From IMG/VR virus record IMGVR_UViG_2228664021_000103, positions 1-53,951 of that record: DNA of 53,951 nucleotides. One strand, given 5' to 3'. This stretch comes from a virus. Taxonomy: Duplodnaviria > Caudoviricetes. The notes beneath the pieces are model-generated. The model made no database searches and was not told where the DNA came from. It saw only the letters and a program-made list of their open reading frames with translations. A program made the translations under genes and the position numbers. Shown piece after piece: positions 35,226 to 44,079 of this stretch. Every line of letters starts with the position of its first letter. The first letter of the stretch is position 1.

Positions 35226-36866
35226 CTAAATTGGCCAGCCCGCAGAGTTGATAGAAATCTCCAACATCTCCACGGGATCCATCATCACCATGTCTCCAGG
35301 CTTCGGGCCGTCATAGAGGAGCCAATCAACGTTCACCGCACAGTTGATGGTGGCATCCAGCCGGTCAGGAGAGCCATGCATTTCCGAACGCATGTCAGCC
35401 TTTTTGGTAATCGCCACTCGCCCGCGGTTGTCCAGGTCGTAGGTAGTGGAGAGGAGTTGGTCACGCAGAACCGTATCGTTGGGGTCAAGGTCGATACTGC
35501 CATCGCGCATCTGCCCCCGAAGGCTGTCATGAGCGAAAGATCGGTAGTTGTTCCACTGATTCTTATCCGGAGCGGAGTTCGCGCCCATGAAGCCGATGAG
35601 TATGTAGCACTTATCCGAGAACTCGTCCAGACGGTCCAGAGCGGAGAAGATGCCCTTTCCCATTCCAGAGGCGTCAACCCGGACTTCCTCGGCACCAAGA
35701 TACATGGCGATGGCGTGGACCCGCCTCGCGGAGGTGATCTCGTCCTCCTTGGACCAGGTGCCAGATGTTACGCGATTCTCTGCCCCGTCAACGTAGGGAA
35801 CCTCGCGATCAAAGACACGGATATTGCCGCCCTTGTTGACCATGACTACGGATTCGTCGTCACCCATACCAGCAAGGTCAACGCCAAGGATTGTGGGAGC
35901 TCCAGGCTCGTCAATCACGGTATCGAATGACAGGTCAATGATCTCCTGAGCGAAGAAGGCATTGTCGGTTTCGCCGGGGAACTCACCCAGGACCTTGGCA
36001 AGGAATCGGGCATCTGGCTTTCCGTTGACCCTCCAGACCCTCTCCTTATGCTCGATCCATTCCCTGCTGGTCAATCCCTTGAGCATAGCTGCTTGGCGCG
36101 CCGGATCGTCATAGACTACCTCGCCCGTCATGGTGGGAAGGTCGTAGGCGCTGATGGTGTGCAGGCTCCACTCTTCCTTCAGCCTGTCATCGGTGAAGAT
36201 GCGGTGGAACTCAGTCGCACGCCTGTCAGGGTTCCCAATAGTGACAATGCGAACATCGCCACCCGTTGCCACGGCCTCAGCGGCTGTGAACAGTTCTGTT
36301 GGGATACCGCCGCCCTCATCCAGTGCGACCAGCGTTCGAGCACTACCACGAGTACCCTGGAAGGTGCTCACGATGTCGGTGTCAGTCGGGCGCTTACCGA
36401 ATACCAGGTTCTGGTTACCCACCCCTGGCATGTTGAACTTCCACTCCAGGGATTCGTTGATCCACCCGACAAACGGGAACGCTACATTGTCCTGGAGGGA
36501 TTTAGCCTTCACGTATCCGTAGTTCGCCTTGAGATACTTGAACACCACGTTCTCGATCTGATGCAGTGTCGGAGCAGACACGATGGCCAGTGTCTCCTGT
36601 GGCGGGTGGACACTGACGAACCATGTGGTGAAGTCCGACAGGATCAGCGACTTGCCACAACCGTTGGCGCTCTTTACCGCCGTGCGAGTTTTGCCGTCCC
36701 GATTAGTGGCCACGGCATCGCCAATGTCAGCCATCTTCTCGTAGTATCGCCTATCCAGAACGTCGTTGGCCCAAGCGATAAAATCGGTCTGGTAAAGACG
36801 CTTCTTGCTGCGACCGGCAATGTCCTGCATTGCAAGATCGAGGATGCCGTCAAGAGGCCCTGGCAT
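35226..36866 (-). CDS. terL: terminase large subunit
   Basis: KSANGCGKS Walker A, ALDEG Walker B, IGNP, LGVDLAGMGDD, SPDRLDA nuclease motifs. Confidence 0.95.
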   Translation of the reverse strand: MPGPLDGILDLAMQDIAGRSKKRLYQTDFIAWANDVLDRRYYEKMADIGDAVATNRDGKTRTAVKSANGCGKSLILSDFTTWFVSVHPPQETLAIVSAPTLHQIENVVFKYLKANYGYVKAKSLQDNVAFPFVGWINESLEWKFNMPGVGNQNLVFGKRPTDTDIVSTFQGTRGSARTLVALDEGGGIPTELFTAAEAVATGGDVRIVTIGNPDRRATEFHRIFTDDRLKEEWSLHTISAYDLPTMTGEVVYDDPARQAAMLKGLTSREWIEHKERVWRVNGKPDARFLAKVLGEFPGETDNAFFAQEIIDLSFDTVIDEPGAPTILGVDLAGMGDDESVVMVNKGGNIRVFDREVPYVDGAENRVTSGTWSKEDEITSARRVHAIAMYLGAEEVRVDASGMGKGIFSALDRLDEFSDKCYILIGFMGANSAPDKNQWNNYRSFAHDSLRGQMRDGSIDLDPNDTVLRDQLLSTTYDLDNRGRVAITKKADMRSEMHGSPDRLDATINCAVNVDWLLYDGPKPGDMVMMDPVEMLEISINSAGWPI

Positions 36867-37368
36867 TGATCTCCTTCTTAGCGATCTGCAAGCCCTCGCG
36901 GGCAAGATCATCAATAGTCTCGTCGGTGACCAGTGGATAGATCTCTTTTAACGTTGACCGGACGTGGGTCAGAGCGATATCGAATGCATCCCCGAAAGCC
37001 CTCGCCTGAGCCTGGGTGATCTTCGCGATATCATCGTCCAGCACCTTCTTGCGGGCGTCCATCCGCTGCGCGACCAATTGTAGACCTTTGAGCACTGCAT
37101 TGGCGATCGAGGCGTAGTTCTCTAGATCGTACTCAGCGGATACCATCACCTTGCGAGCGTGTGCGACGACCTGGTACATCTCCTCCAGGAGTAGGCGCTC
37201 TTCCATCCGCTCAGTCAGCCATCCACGGTCCTCCAGGAGCCTACCCAGACGCTCCATAGCCTCCTCGGGGGAGAGCCCAGTTTCTTCCGCAATCTCCACC
37301 GGAGACTTCCTGGCGAGCTGGATCAACTGTTCGTTGAGCGGATTGCTCTTTACGATATCTGTAGACAT
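36850..37368 (-). CDS. terminase small subunit (putative)
   Basis: HTH KSPVEIAEETGLSPEEA + helical body; upstream of terL. Confidence 0.7.
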   Translation of the reverse strand: MSTDIVKSNPLNEQLIQLARKSPVEIAEETGLSPEEAMERLGRLLEDRGWLTERMEERLLLEEMYQVVAHARKVMVSAEYDLENYASIANAVLKGLQLVAQRMDARKKVLDDDIAKITQAQARAFGDAFDIALTHVRSTLKEIYPLVTDETIDDLAREGLQIAKKEINARAS

Positions 37369-37387
37369 ATCATCAATCTTAGCGCAG

Positions 37388-37429
37388 AGAAAAGAAAATA
37401 GCCCCGAGTCCAGAGACGAGCGGGGCTAT
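37388..37429 (-). terminator. intrinsic terminator
   Basis: ATAGCCCCG...CGGGGCTAT followed by TTTCTTTT on - strand. Confidence 0.8.
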
Positions 37430-37520
37430 CGTGATATTACTATGCTACCAGAGCATAAGCGGTTGGGTCGCTAACCTGTACGAGTTTTAGTTGACCAGAC
37501 TCGAAACTGTTTATAGTTGC
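37390..37520 (-). ncRNA. candidate ~130-nt sRNA between its own -10 box and the terminator
   Basis: TGgTAATCT at 37527-37535; hairpins CGAGT/ACTCG and TATGCT/AGCATA; no convincing ORF. Confidence 0.4.
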
Positions 37521-37586
37521 TAGACAAGATTACCACATATTGGCTTGGTCTCTCGACACGTTACACAGATATTCATGATACGATCA

Positions 37587-37775
37587 TTATCCTCCGTTGA
37601 TAAAGCGCGGCTCCTCATACGGAACATCCCCGAAGCTCGCATCGCTCAAGGGGCGCTTGTCGGGCACCTTCGACCGGACCGATGGATTTAATCCCTCCGC
37701 GATCTTGCGAAGGACATCCAGGGATTCCTCATCGAACGTAATTACTATAGTTGCTGTACCCAGGTTAGCTGCCAT
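37587..37775 (-). CDS. hypothetical protein
   Basis: GAGGAG SD; overlapping operon. Confidence 0.6.
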   Translation of the reverse strand: MAANLGTATIVITFDEESLDVLRKIAEGLNPSVRSKVPDKRPLSDASFGDVPYEEPRFINGG

Positions 37776-38022
37776 TTAAATACTCCTCTAACTGCTCATC
37801 GGTGACTTCAGGAATCTCGTACAGCGTGAACGTGAAATCTCCACTGTCCCACCCCTCCTCGGCCTCTTCCTCTGGCATCTCCAGATTCTCGACCAGCCGC
37901 ACGATATCAATGGACTTTTCCGCCGCGTCCACCTCGCCCAGGAACAGGGCTCGGTAGAGTCTCGCGATGGCCTCGTTGTCGTCGTCCGCCCCCATGACGA
38001 AGCTGACGCCGTAGATATTCAC
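37765..38022 (-). CDS. acidic hypothetical protein
   Basis: GTGA overlap. Confidence 0.65.
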   Translation of the reverse strand: MNIYGVSFVMGADDDNEAIARLYRALFLGEVDAAEKSIDIVRLVENLEMPEEEAEEGWDSGDFTFTLYEIPEVTDEQLEEYLNGS

Positions 38023-38219
38023 TTCCGGTTTCCCCTCCGTGAGGCTCGTGCGACTTTATTAGCGGCTCGACGCCTGTCCTTCTCTTCAAGGGTCACCGTT
38101 CCCTCATAGGAATGCTTTGGCCCATTCCATGGCGTTCCGAACGTGCTCCTGGTCGTCCACGACAGCAGGCGATCCTTCTGTTCCTGCGTGGGTCCTACAT
38201 ACTCTGTTGCATTATTCAT
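38019..38219 (-). CDS. basic hypothetical protein
   Basis: C-terminal RRRAANKVARASRRGNR. Confidence 0.65.
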   Translation of the reverse strand: MNNATEYVGPTQEQKDRLLSWTTRSTFGTPWNGPKHSYEGTVTLEEKDRRRAANKVARASRRGNRK

Positions 38220-38427
38220 AACACTGAGCCACCCTTCCAATCAAGTCCCAACCCGAGATATCTCTCTCGGTCTCTACATACCGCACGCGATCCTCGGGAT
38301 CAGCCGCGGGGCTGAGTAGTTCCGCTCGCCATACTCTGGCATCAAGATCGGGGTCGTCATCGTGTATCGACAGCCTTGCCTCGAACACTTGTTCGCTGAT
38401 GCTCGTCCAGATAATCCTCGTCGTCAT
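38212..38427 (-). CDS. hypothetical protein
   Basis: ATGA coupling. Confidence 0.55.
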   Translation of the reverse strand: MTTRIIWTSISEQVFEARLSIHDDDPDLDARVWRAELLSPAADPEDRVRYVETERDISGWDLIGRVAQCYE

Positions 38428-38618
38428 GACTTCACTCTATCACCGTCTGGATCCAGCTTCTTGAGCACCGCATCCACCCATGCCTCATTGTCCGGAGTCA
38501 TCGACCGGATCATCGTCAACTCCTTGATCGCGGCCTTCTGACGACGCTTATACTTGTTCATCGTGTCCAGCATCCCATTCATCTGGCGCTGTACTGTGGT
38601 CTCGTATATTCCGGTCAT
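38424..38618 (-). CDS. hypothetical protein
   Basis: ATGA coupling. Confidence 0.6.
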   Translation of the reverse strand: MTGIYETTVQRQMNGMLDTMNKYKRRQKAAIKELTMIRSMTPDNEAWVDAVLKKLDPDGDRVKS

Positions 38619-38845
38619 TTCAGTATCTCCCAGTATTCGCTCGCCGTGCCGTTGGACAACATTTCATTCTCCTCGCGGAGCCTGGCAATAGTATCCCTGG
38701 CCTCCTCGACCACCTGAAACATCGTGGGGATCAGGTTCAGAAGCCGCAGGATCTTCTCGTCAATGGTCCCATCATCCGAGTTGATCGCAAAGGCATTGCC
38801 CCTCAGGGCCTCGACCTCATGGCCCAGGCCCTCCAGCTCGTTCAT
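38615..38845 (-). CDS. coiled-coil hypothetical protein
   Basis: ATGA coupling. Confidence 0.6.
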   Translation of the reverse strand: MNELEGLGHEVEALRGNAFAINSDDGTIDEKILRLLNLIPTMFQVVEEARDTIARLREENEMLSNGTASEYWEILK

Positions 38846-39135
38846 TCCCTTACCCGCAGACTGATCTGGGAATCGGAGCGAGCATCAATCACCGGGGCAT
38901 AGTTATGCGGCCCGTTATCAATGTCGTAGGTTCGCTTCTGCTCGGCGCTGAAGTACGCCGTAGCGCCCCGCTTGCCCTTCTCGGGGTCCTCTTCCTCCTC
39001 GGGCTCGGGTTCCGGCTGGGATTCCCGCCATGTCCGCACGAAGCTGTACGCCTCCTCACGTGTTGCACCGGTATCCACGTTATCCAGGACGATCTCCAGG
39101 GTTGCCCCGTTCACATGCTTCTCGTGGATCCTCAT
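38842..39135 (-). CDS. hypothetical protein
   Basis: GGAGGAGG SD, ATGA coupling. Confidence 0.65.
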   Translation of the reverse strand: MRIHEKHVNGATLEIVLDNVDTGATREEAYSFVRTWRESQPEPEPEEEEDPEKGKRGATAYFSAEQKRTYDIDNGPHNYAPVIDARSDSQISLRVRE

Positions 39136-39401
39136 CCGTCCTCCTCCACAACGCCCTCTTCCTCGTCGTCCAGTGTCGGCTCGTTATCGCTGTCGTTATC
39201 GCTATTCGGGTCTGCCGTTCCGCGGAACTCGTACCGGGCCTGCCTCAGTACAAAACTCAGCAGGTTGATGTCGATGTCAGCCTTGCCATACTCGTCTACG
39301 TCGATCGCCAGCTCGGTTCCCTGGAGATGCGAGTAGTGACTCGTGCGTCTGTAAAGATAGGTCGCTGCCCGACCAGGAAGGGCCTTCATCTGCGTAGTCA
39401 T
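39132..39401 (-). CDS. hypothetical protein with acidic tail
   Basis: ATGA coupling. Confidence 0.6.
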   Translation of the reverse strand: MTTQMKALPGRAATYLYRRTSHYSHLQGTELAIDVDEYGKADIDINLLSFVLRQARYEFRGTADPNSDNDSDNEPTLDDEEEGVVEEDG

Positions 39402-39622
39402 GACTGGCTCAAGACTGTCCGCTGAATCGCCTCGATGACGAAATTCGTACTCGATCCTTCGCTGGCCAACTCTGTGGTCACCCTTACCGGCGCACTGGAG
39501 TCGATTCCCGCCTCCGCGCAATCCCGCACGAAGTCAATGACGTCTCCTACGGTTATGCCACCCTTTTTGGTTGCCGATCGCCTTGCCGTCTTGATTTCCA
39601 CGATCGTCACCGAGCTAGTCAT
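39398..39622 (-). CDS. hypothetical protein
   Basis: GGGGGAG SD. Confidence 0.6.
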   Translation of the reverse strand: MTSSVTIVEIKTARRSATKKGGITVGDVIDFVRDCAEAGIDSSAPVRVTTELASEGSSTNFVIEAIQRTVLSQS

Positions 39623-39821
39623 TGCCAACTCCCCCCTCTATGTCCTCATCGAACCGTTCTTCCGTGAGGAGCGAGGCGTATTCAGCCAGTTCCATGTCCC
39701 TTTCCAGGCGTTCGATCGCCCACCACAAGGAGTTGATCTGATGGTAATCCACCGATCGTCCCCGATAAAGTTCGGCTAGTTGCTGGTGGAGGCTTTCCAC
39801 CTGATCCTCAATTGCGCTCAT
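39615..39821 (-). CDS. hypothetical protein, first gene of the leftward unit
   Basis: ATG 7 nt after a CATACT -10-like box (39829-39834). Confidence 0.6.
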   Translation of the reverse strand: MSAIEDQVESLHQQLAELYRGRSVDYHQINSLWWAIERLERDMELAEYASLLTEERFDEDIEGGVGND

Positions 39822-39995
39822 GTCCCTCAGTATGACACGAGGGCGCACGCCAGAGGGTGTAAAAACAGCCACTCTTGCTGGTTTGTTACCGAATCGTTAT
39901 CGAGAGGGGGCCTTACGCGCGAGAAAAAATGCCAAAAATAAAATCTGGGAAAGAATTTATGGATATGTTATTTCGCTCAGAAAAGGCGGATTCTG

Positions 39996-40039
39996 CCATA
40001 GAAAAGCGATTGGTGTCCCATAGAAAAGCGATTGGTGTC
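39996..40039. repeat. perfect 22-bp tandem duplication CCATAGAAAAGCGATTGGTGTC x2
   Basis: 39996-40017 identical to 40018-40039. Confidence 0.95.
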
Positions 40040-40123
40040 AAATCTGCATGGGGGTGCGCCACCACCCACACACACGTTCGATTGTCCGTACAATCCGTAA
40101 CCTTTCATTATCGAACAAACATT

Positions 40124-40183
40124 CTGTCCACTCGCTGCGTTCCCACTCGCTCCCTGTCCACTCGCCACCCGTTCACTCTGTGC
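40124..40183. repeat. four degenerate 15-bp tandem units around CACTC(G/T)
   Basis: CTGTCCACTCGCTGC / GTTCCCACTCGCTCC / CTGTCCACTCGCCAC / CCGTTCACTCTGTGC. Confidence 0.75.
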
Positions 40184-40408
40184 GCACTCATACGCCCCTG
40201 TCGCCGTCCCGCTGTGCGCCCATGCCACTCGCCACGCTCTCCCCTGTACCGAGCCACCTGCCGCGCCACCATGCACCCCATCTATCCCCTGTGCTACCCC
40301 TGTCCCGCACCCCCATATGCGCGCTCTCCCTGTACTCCCCTGTCTACCCCCGAAGTGGGGTATGTCTTGATCTGTGCCCACCCCTCGCATGCGCGTACCT
40401 TTGGAACT

Positions 40409-40654
40409 ATGACAAACACTGAATCGGCGCCAGCCATGCCTGCCGCCTTGCCCATCGTGCACGTACGTGTAATCGACCCCGAATTCGACATTTATCCGGG
40501 CGAGCGTACCCGTTGCGGACTCCGCTCCAATACCGTCGCCTCTATCGGCGCGTACTACTCCGACACTGTTACCGTGTTCGGCCCCTACTGCCCCGTTTGC
40601 GTTGAGCTAACGCTCTCTGTTGACAGACTCCCCGCGCTCTCCTACTTCGACTAA
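40409..40654 (+). CDS. hypothetical protein, first gene of the rightward early unit
   Basis: ATG 7 nt after TACCTT; H...C...CPVC. Confidence 0.6.
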   Translation: MTNTESAPAMPAALPIVHVRVIDPEFDIYPGERTRCGLRSNTVASIGAYYSDTVTVFGPYCPVCVELTLSVDRLPALSYFD

Positions 40655-40666
40655 GGACACCCCATT

Positions 40667-41005
40667 ATGAGCAACAACTACGCAGCTAGCTTTCCCCTCG
40701 CATTGCCTGACTCCGCCCCATGGCATGAGCGAGTAGTAACCGAGGGTCACGCTGAATACTGCGCAGAGCATGGCCACGCGACCCATACAATCGATGGCGT
40801 TATCCAGGCATATTGCCCTAGATGCGGGGACAATCTCCCGCGTAGACCCATCCTTACAGGCCGCGAGACCGTGCGAGTTGGCAGAGTCTACCTGACCCGC
40901 TACGCCCATGACCCCGAACTGGGTAGAGCCGAGTACAAAGCGCGACTTGTCGCGATCGCGGCAGAGCTTTACCCGAACAAGCGCTATCCCGGCGCTAACA
41001 ACTGA
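40667..41005 (+). CDS. Zn-binding hypothetical protein
   Basis: AAGGA SD; CAEHGH...CPRCG. Confidence 0.65.
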   Translation: MSNNYAASFPLALPDSAPWHERVVTEGHAEYCAEHGHATHTIDGVIQAYCPRCGDNLPRRPILTGRETVRVGRVYLTRYAHDPELGRAEYKARLVAIAAELYPNKRYPGANN

Positions 41006-41017
41006 AAGGAAACGACA

Positions 41018-41347
41018 ATGAAACTCTCTACCCGTGCCGATACCTGGCAATGGTTCTCAGATATCGGAGTTGACCGCGCGGCTGAGGTCATAGCGGCAAA
41101 CTCGCCCGCAACCTTCGGCCTTGACGTTCTGGAAATGAGAATCAGGGATTCTGGATATCCCGAGGTTCTGCCAGAGATTGAGCTAGTCGAATATCGCGGG
41201 ATCGCAGAGCCTGACAAGTGGGGCAATCAATTCTTCGCGACCGTGCTCTACAACTCGGACGGTAACCTAACCTCATGGGGTGGCAAGCGCGATCCTGGCA
41301 ATGAGGCCGGAATGGCCGCATGGCAGTGGAGTTGCTACGCCGACTAG
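41018..41347 (+). CDS. hypothetical protein
   Basis: GAAAGGA SD. Confidence 0.7.
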   Translation: MKLSTRADTWQWFSDIGVDRAAEVIAANSPATFGLDVLEMRIRDSGYPEVLPEIELVEYRGIAEPDKWGNQFFATVLYNSDGNLTSWGGKRDPGNEAGMAAWQWSCYAD

Positions 41348-41354
41348 CAACTCA

Positions 41355-41419
41355 GCCCTAGCGCGTAGTAAGGCGTACCCCATCAAGGGAACTAGGGCAC
41401 TAGCTAGGAGACACCTAGC
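41355..41419 (+). ncRNA. 3-way-junction element A
   Basis: GCCCTAG/CTAGGGC closing stem, two inner hairpins, then ACTA and a GCTAGG/CCTAGC hairpin. Confidence 0.5.
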
Positions 41420-41435
41420 GGAATGGAAGGATGCA

Positions 41436-41726
41436 ATGGAAAAGACACTGACTGCCACGCTCAGAGCCCAGGGGCAGACCGTGAGGGGCGTATGGCGGGG
41501 GAACGGGTACATTGACCTGCACTTCGTGTTTGAAGGTTCTTCGGCGCGATGCCATGAGCCTTTCGATTGCACTAACGTAGTCGATTACTCTAATGGGGGG
41601 CATATCTATCCTTTCACCCTGGCAGGACTTAAGGCCGCGCTCAACGCATGGAAAGCTGACCTGTACGAGGGTGAACTTCGCGACTACCGAGAGAACGTTT
41701 CTATCGCAGCGGGCGGACGCTACTAA
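41436..41726 (+). CDS. hypothetical protein
   Basis: GGAAGGA SD. Confidence 0.65.
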   Translation: MEKTLTATLRAQGQTVRGVWRGNGYIDLHFVFEGSSARCHEPFDCTNVVDYSNGGHIYPFTLAGLKAALNAWKADLYEGELRDYRENVSIAAGGRY

Positions 41727-41908
41727 TGGCCGCAATCAACGCTAGGCGAATTCTGGGCAACAGGATCGCGCCAGAGCGATTGACCAGACTGACTCAACGT
41801 GACAGGCTTGCCATTGAGGCCGCGATTGTTGACGCTTACATCAAAGGGTATTCCGAAGGTGCAGTATCCGCCCCTAGCAACGCCGAGTTTCCCGGGGGTG
41901 CCCTGTGA
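41726..41908 (+). CDS. hypothetical protein
   Basis: TAATG coupling. Confidence 0.6.
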   Translation: MAAINARRILGNRIAPERLTRLTQRDRLAIEAAIVDAYIKGYSEGAVSAPSNAEFPGGAL

Positions 41909-42093
41909 TTCAACCCATTATCACCAAGCGACCTGACGGCGAGTATTCAACGGTACGCATAGGGGAGGACATTGTAGAAACAATATTCTTTGGCAAGGAC
42001 GGGACAACTAGATATATCGGTCGAACGGTCATTTCGTACCGGTCGATAGCTCAGGCTCATATTGCAGAGTATGAAAGAGAGAATGAATCATGA
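41905..42093 (+). CDS. hypothetical protein
   Basis: GTGA overlap. Confidence 0.55.
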   Translation: MIQPIITKRPDGEYSTVRIGEDIVETIFFGKDGTTRYIGRTVISYRSIAQAHIAEYERENES

Positions 42094-42317
42094 TCAAGAC
42101 ACTGCCTACAGGGCTCACTAGCCTAGCGCCCATGCCCTACGGCTACCGACGCTGGAACGGCGTAATCTGGCCAGATATTCAGGTTGACTGTTACAACTCA
42201 GCCCTAGCGCGCATTGAATCCCGGCATAACGCGGGTATGCCAACCGAACACCTAGTGAACGGTCTCTACAATCTCGCCTACGGTTTCGACCACAATACGG
42301 GGGTGCACCATGACTAA
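42090..42317 (+). CDS. hypothetical protein
   Basis: ATGA overlap. Confidence 0.6.
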   Translation: MIKTLPTGLTSLAPMPYGYRRWNGVIWPDIQVDCYNSALARIESRHNAGMPTEHLVNGLYNLAYGFDHNTGVHHD

Positions 42318-42540
42318 CCACTACGCTAGATCACTACAAATTCCGACTGGCACCATGCAAGCGAGAGACCTTATGGAAGGTGATGTAATTCTCATGCGCG
42401 CCGAAGGTGCCATCCTTCGCACCCCCCATACCGTGGCCAGGATCGAGTGCAACCATGGGGGGGGCGTGTTTGTGACCTTCACTGACGGGACGCAACACGT
42501 GACTAGTCCTAGGATGCCCTACAGACTGGTAACTCCCTAA
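42310..42540 (+). CDS. small beta-barrel-like hypothetical protein
   Basis: ARDLMEGDVI motif. Confidence 0.6.
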   Translation: MTNHYARSLQIPTGTMQARDLMEGDVILMRAEGAILRTPHTVARIECNHGGGVFVTFTDGTQHVTSPRMPYRLVTP

Positions 42541-42641
42541 CAATTCCACCCTACTTTTACTCGGTATGAAAGAATCAGGATTCTTGCCATATTGGCACAA
42601 TGAGGGGAGTGATGCCCTAATGCCCTAATAATTCAAGAGTA

Positions 42642-42713
42642 GCCATATGTCGCTGAGAGCGATTCTAGGGGCTCATAACCCCCATATGGCACTAACCCCT
42701 AACCTAGGGGTTA
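42642..42713 (+). ncRNA. 3-way-junction element B
   Basis: GCCATATG/CATATGGC closing stem; TCGC/GCGA and GGGG-CTCATAA-CCCC hairpins; then ACTA and a TAACCCCT/AGGGGTTA hairpin. Confidence 0.55.
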
Positions 42714-42755
42714 AAATGCGTCAGACCGGCGTACATGAACAATGAAAGGCATATC

Positions 42756-43157
42756 ATGACTAACCTAAAACTCCCATCGTTGAACTATCCCGAACTTGCC
42801 GAATTGCTACGCAATCGCGGCTCATGGGAAGTAACAATCGGATACAAGACTAAGGCCACGCTCTGGCACACTTCGCCCGGTTATCCTGAAATTGAGGTTC
42901 TGCACCATGGTAATGAGATTGCCAGTATCGAGCCTTACAAGATTTGGCTGAGCAACGCCGGATGGCATTCCGCTACTACTGCCGACAGGCTTAACCGGAT
43001 TGCCAAAGATAACGGCTTGCCTATCCGGGTGACCATTCTTGACGGTCTCACTACGGTAAGAGACCTGAATCTGGTACCCCTCTGCACTCTGACTGGCAGA
43101 GGAATTACCTACACAATGAACGCTGGAATCTGGGAAAGGGAAGGTACTGAATCATGA
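42756..43157 (+). CDS. hypothetical early protein
   Basis: GAAAGG SD; HGNEIA...AGWHSATTADRLN motif that I recall from other phage early proteins. Confidence 0.7.
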   Translation: MTNLKLPSLNYPELAELLRNRGSWEVTIGYKTKATLWHTSPGYPEIEVLHHGNEIASIEPYKIWLSNAGWHSATTADRLNRIAKDNGLPIRVTILDGLTTVRDLNLVPLCTLTGRGITYTMNAGIWEREGTES

Positions 43158-43258
43158 GCACGACAATCGACAGAGACCGTAAGGCCGAACAACGAAGTGA
43201 AGCTATCCACCGTAGGGCAATCCGTAAGAATATCGAGCGTTTCGGGGGTCGGCTCTGA
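43154..43258 (+). CDS. 34-aa basic peptide
   Basis: coupled on both sides (ATGA, TGATG). Confidence 0.5.
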   Translation: MSTTIDRDRKAEQRSEAIHRRAIRKNIERFGGRL

Positions 43259-43521
43259 TGTTCACTCCGACAACCCATCACCTTGTAGGTAAGGTCATGA
43301 CATACCTTCCCAAAGGATCATCACCCTACGCCCCAATCCCTATCAGGACAGGGGTCACTATTCTGCAATCGGGTGACCCCGTAACTGTGCAGAGCGCATG
43401 GGACAGGGATTATCTGGTCAATCCGCCTGTCCTACTTTACGTGACCTCCCACAATACGGGAGAGTCAACTCACGTTATCGAGAACGATCTGATAGGGGTA
43501 AGCAATGACTACTCCCACTAG
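43258..43521 (+). CDS. hypothetical protein
   Basis: TGATG coupling. Confidence 0.6.
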   Translation: MFTPTTHHLVGKVMTYLPKGSSPYAPIPIRTGVTILQSGDPVTVQSAWDRDYLVNPPVLLYVTSHNTGESTHVIENDLIGVSNDYSH

Positions 43522-43720
43522 GGTTCACGTATCGGAGTTGAGGCTAGGGGACGTGATTCTCAGGGGTAAGGATTCCCTTACCGTTTCATCCGTATATCCC
43601 GTTTCACCCATCAGCCGGATAGTTGCCTACGAGGTTAGCTACATGGGCCTGATGCCGGATGAAAGATTCAATCCGAGTGCAAGGGTGACTCGCGTCTACA
43701 GGGAGGAAAGCAATGACTAA
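43505..43720 (+). CDS. small beta-barrel-like hypothetical protein
   Basis: VSELRLGDVI motif, similar to 42310-42540. Confidence 0.6.
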   Translation: MTTPTRVHVSELRLGDVILRGKDSLTVSSVYPVSPISRIVAYEVSYMGLMPDERFNPSARVTRVYREESND

Positions 43721-43979
43721 GCAATACGGGATCATGACCGACTATGACTATGGGGTAACCCATAAGCGGTCTCGGTTGACGGTATGGGAAGGTTCTTTCA
43801 TGAGCCAATACCTGGGAGAGGGTTACTCTCTGCCAGGTGAGGATGGCTATATGCTCACTCTCCACAATGGAAAGCGGATTAGAGTGACCTGTCCTACGCC
43901 CCGTAATGGCCAGAACTACCTACAGGTCGATAAAGCTATCAACACTGCGCTCAGGAAAGCGTTAGGAGATCCCGCTTAG
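43713..43979 (+). CDS. hypothetical protein
   Basis: GGGAGG SD. Confidence 0.65.
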   Translation: MTKQYGIMTDYDYGVTHKRSRLTVWEGSFMSQYLGEGYSLPGEDGYMLTLHNGKRIRVTCPTPRNGQNYLQVDKAINTALRKALGDPA

Positions 43980-43990
43980 GGCTCTGCCTA

Positions 43991-44059
43991 CCCCTAGTCC
44001 GGTTATAGAGACCGGCGTCGGAGTCATGACCGACTAGGGGACAACTAGCACAAGCTAGT
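43991..44059 (+). ncRNA. 3-way-junction element C
   Basis: CCCCTAGT/ACTAGGGG closing stem; CCGGT/ACCGG and CGG/CCG hairpins; then ACAA and an ACTAGC/GCTAGT hairpin. Confidence 0.55.
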
Positions 44060-44079
44060 AACCGAGAGAGGACAGAACA

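Noticed and set aside
33702-36869. Long + strand ORFs antisense to portal and terminase (and similar shadow ORFs opposite TMP, MCP, primase and GATase)
   Set aside because: Typical antisense shadows of GC3-biased genes, with no SD or recognisable motifs.
37520-37577. 18-aa ORF MNICVTCRETKPICGNLV on the - strand
   Set aside because: Very short, overlaps the predicted -10 box, and has no support beyond a CxxC; not excluded, but not called.
39875-40462. Long ORFs 39875-40654 (5' part), 39977-40462 and 40048-40422
   Set aside because: Low-complexity Pro/Arg/Gly translations caused by the C-skewed repeat tract, with no SD; only 40409-40654 is retained.
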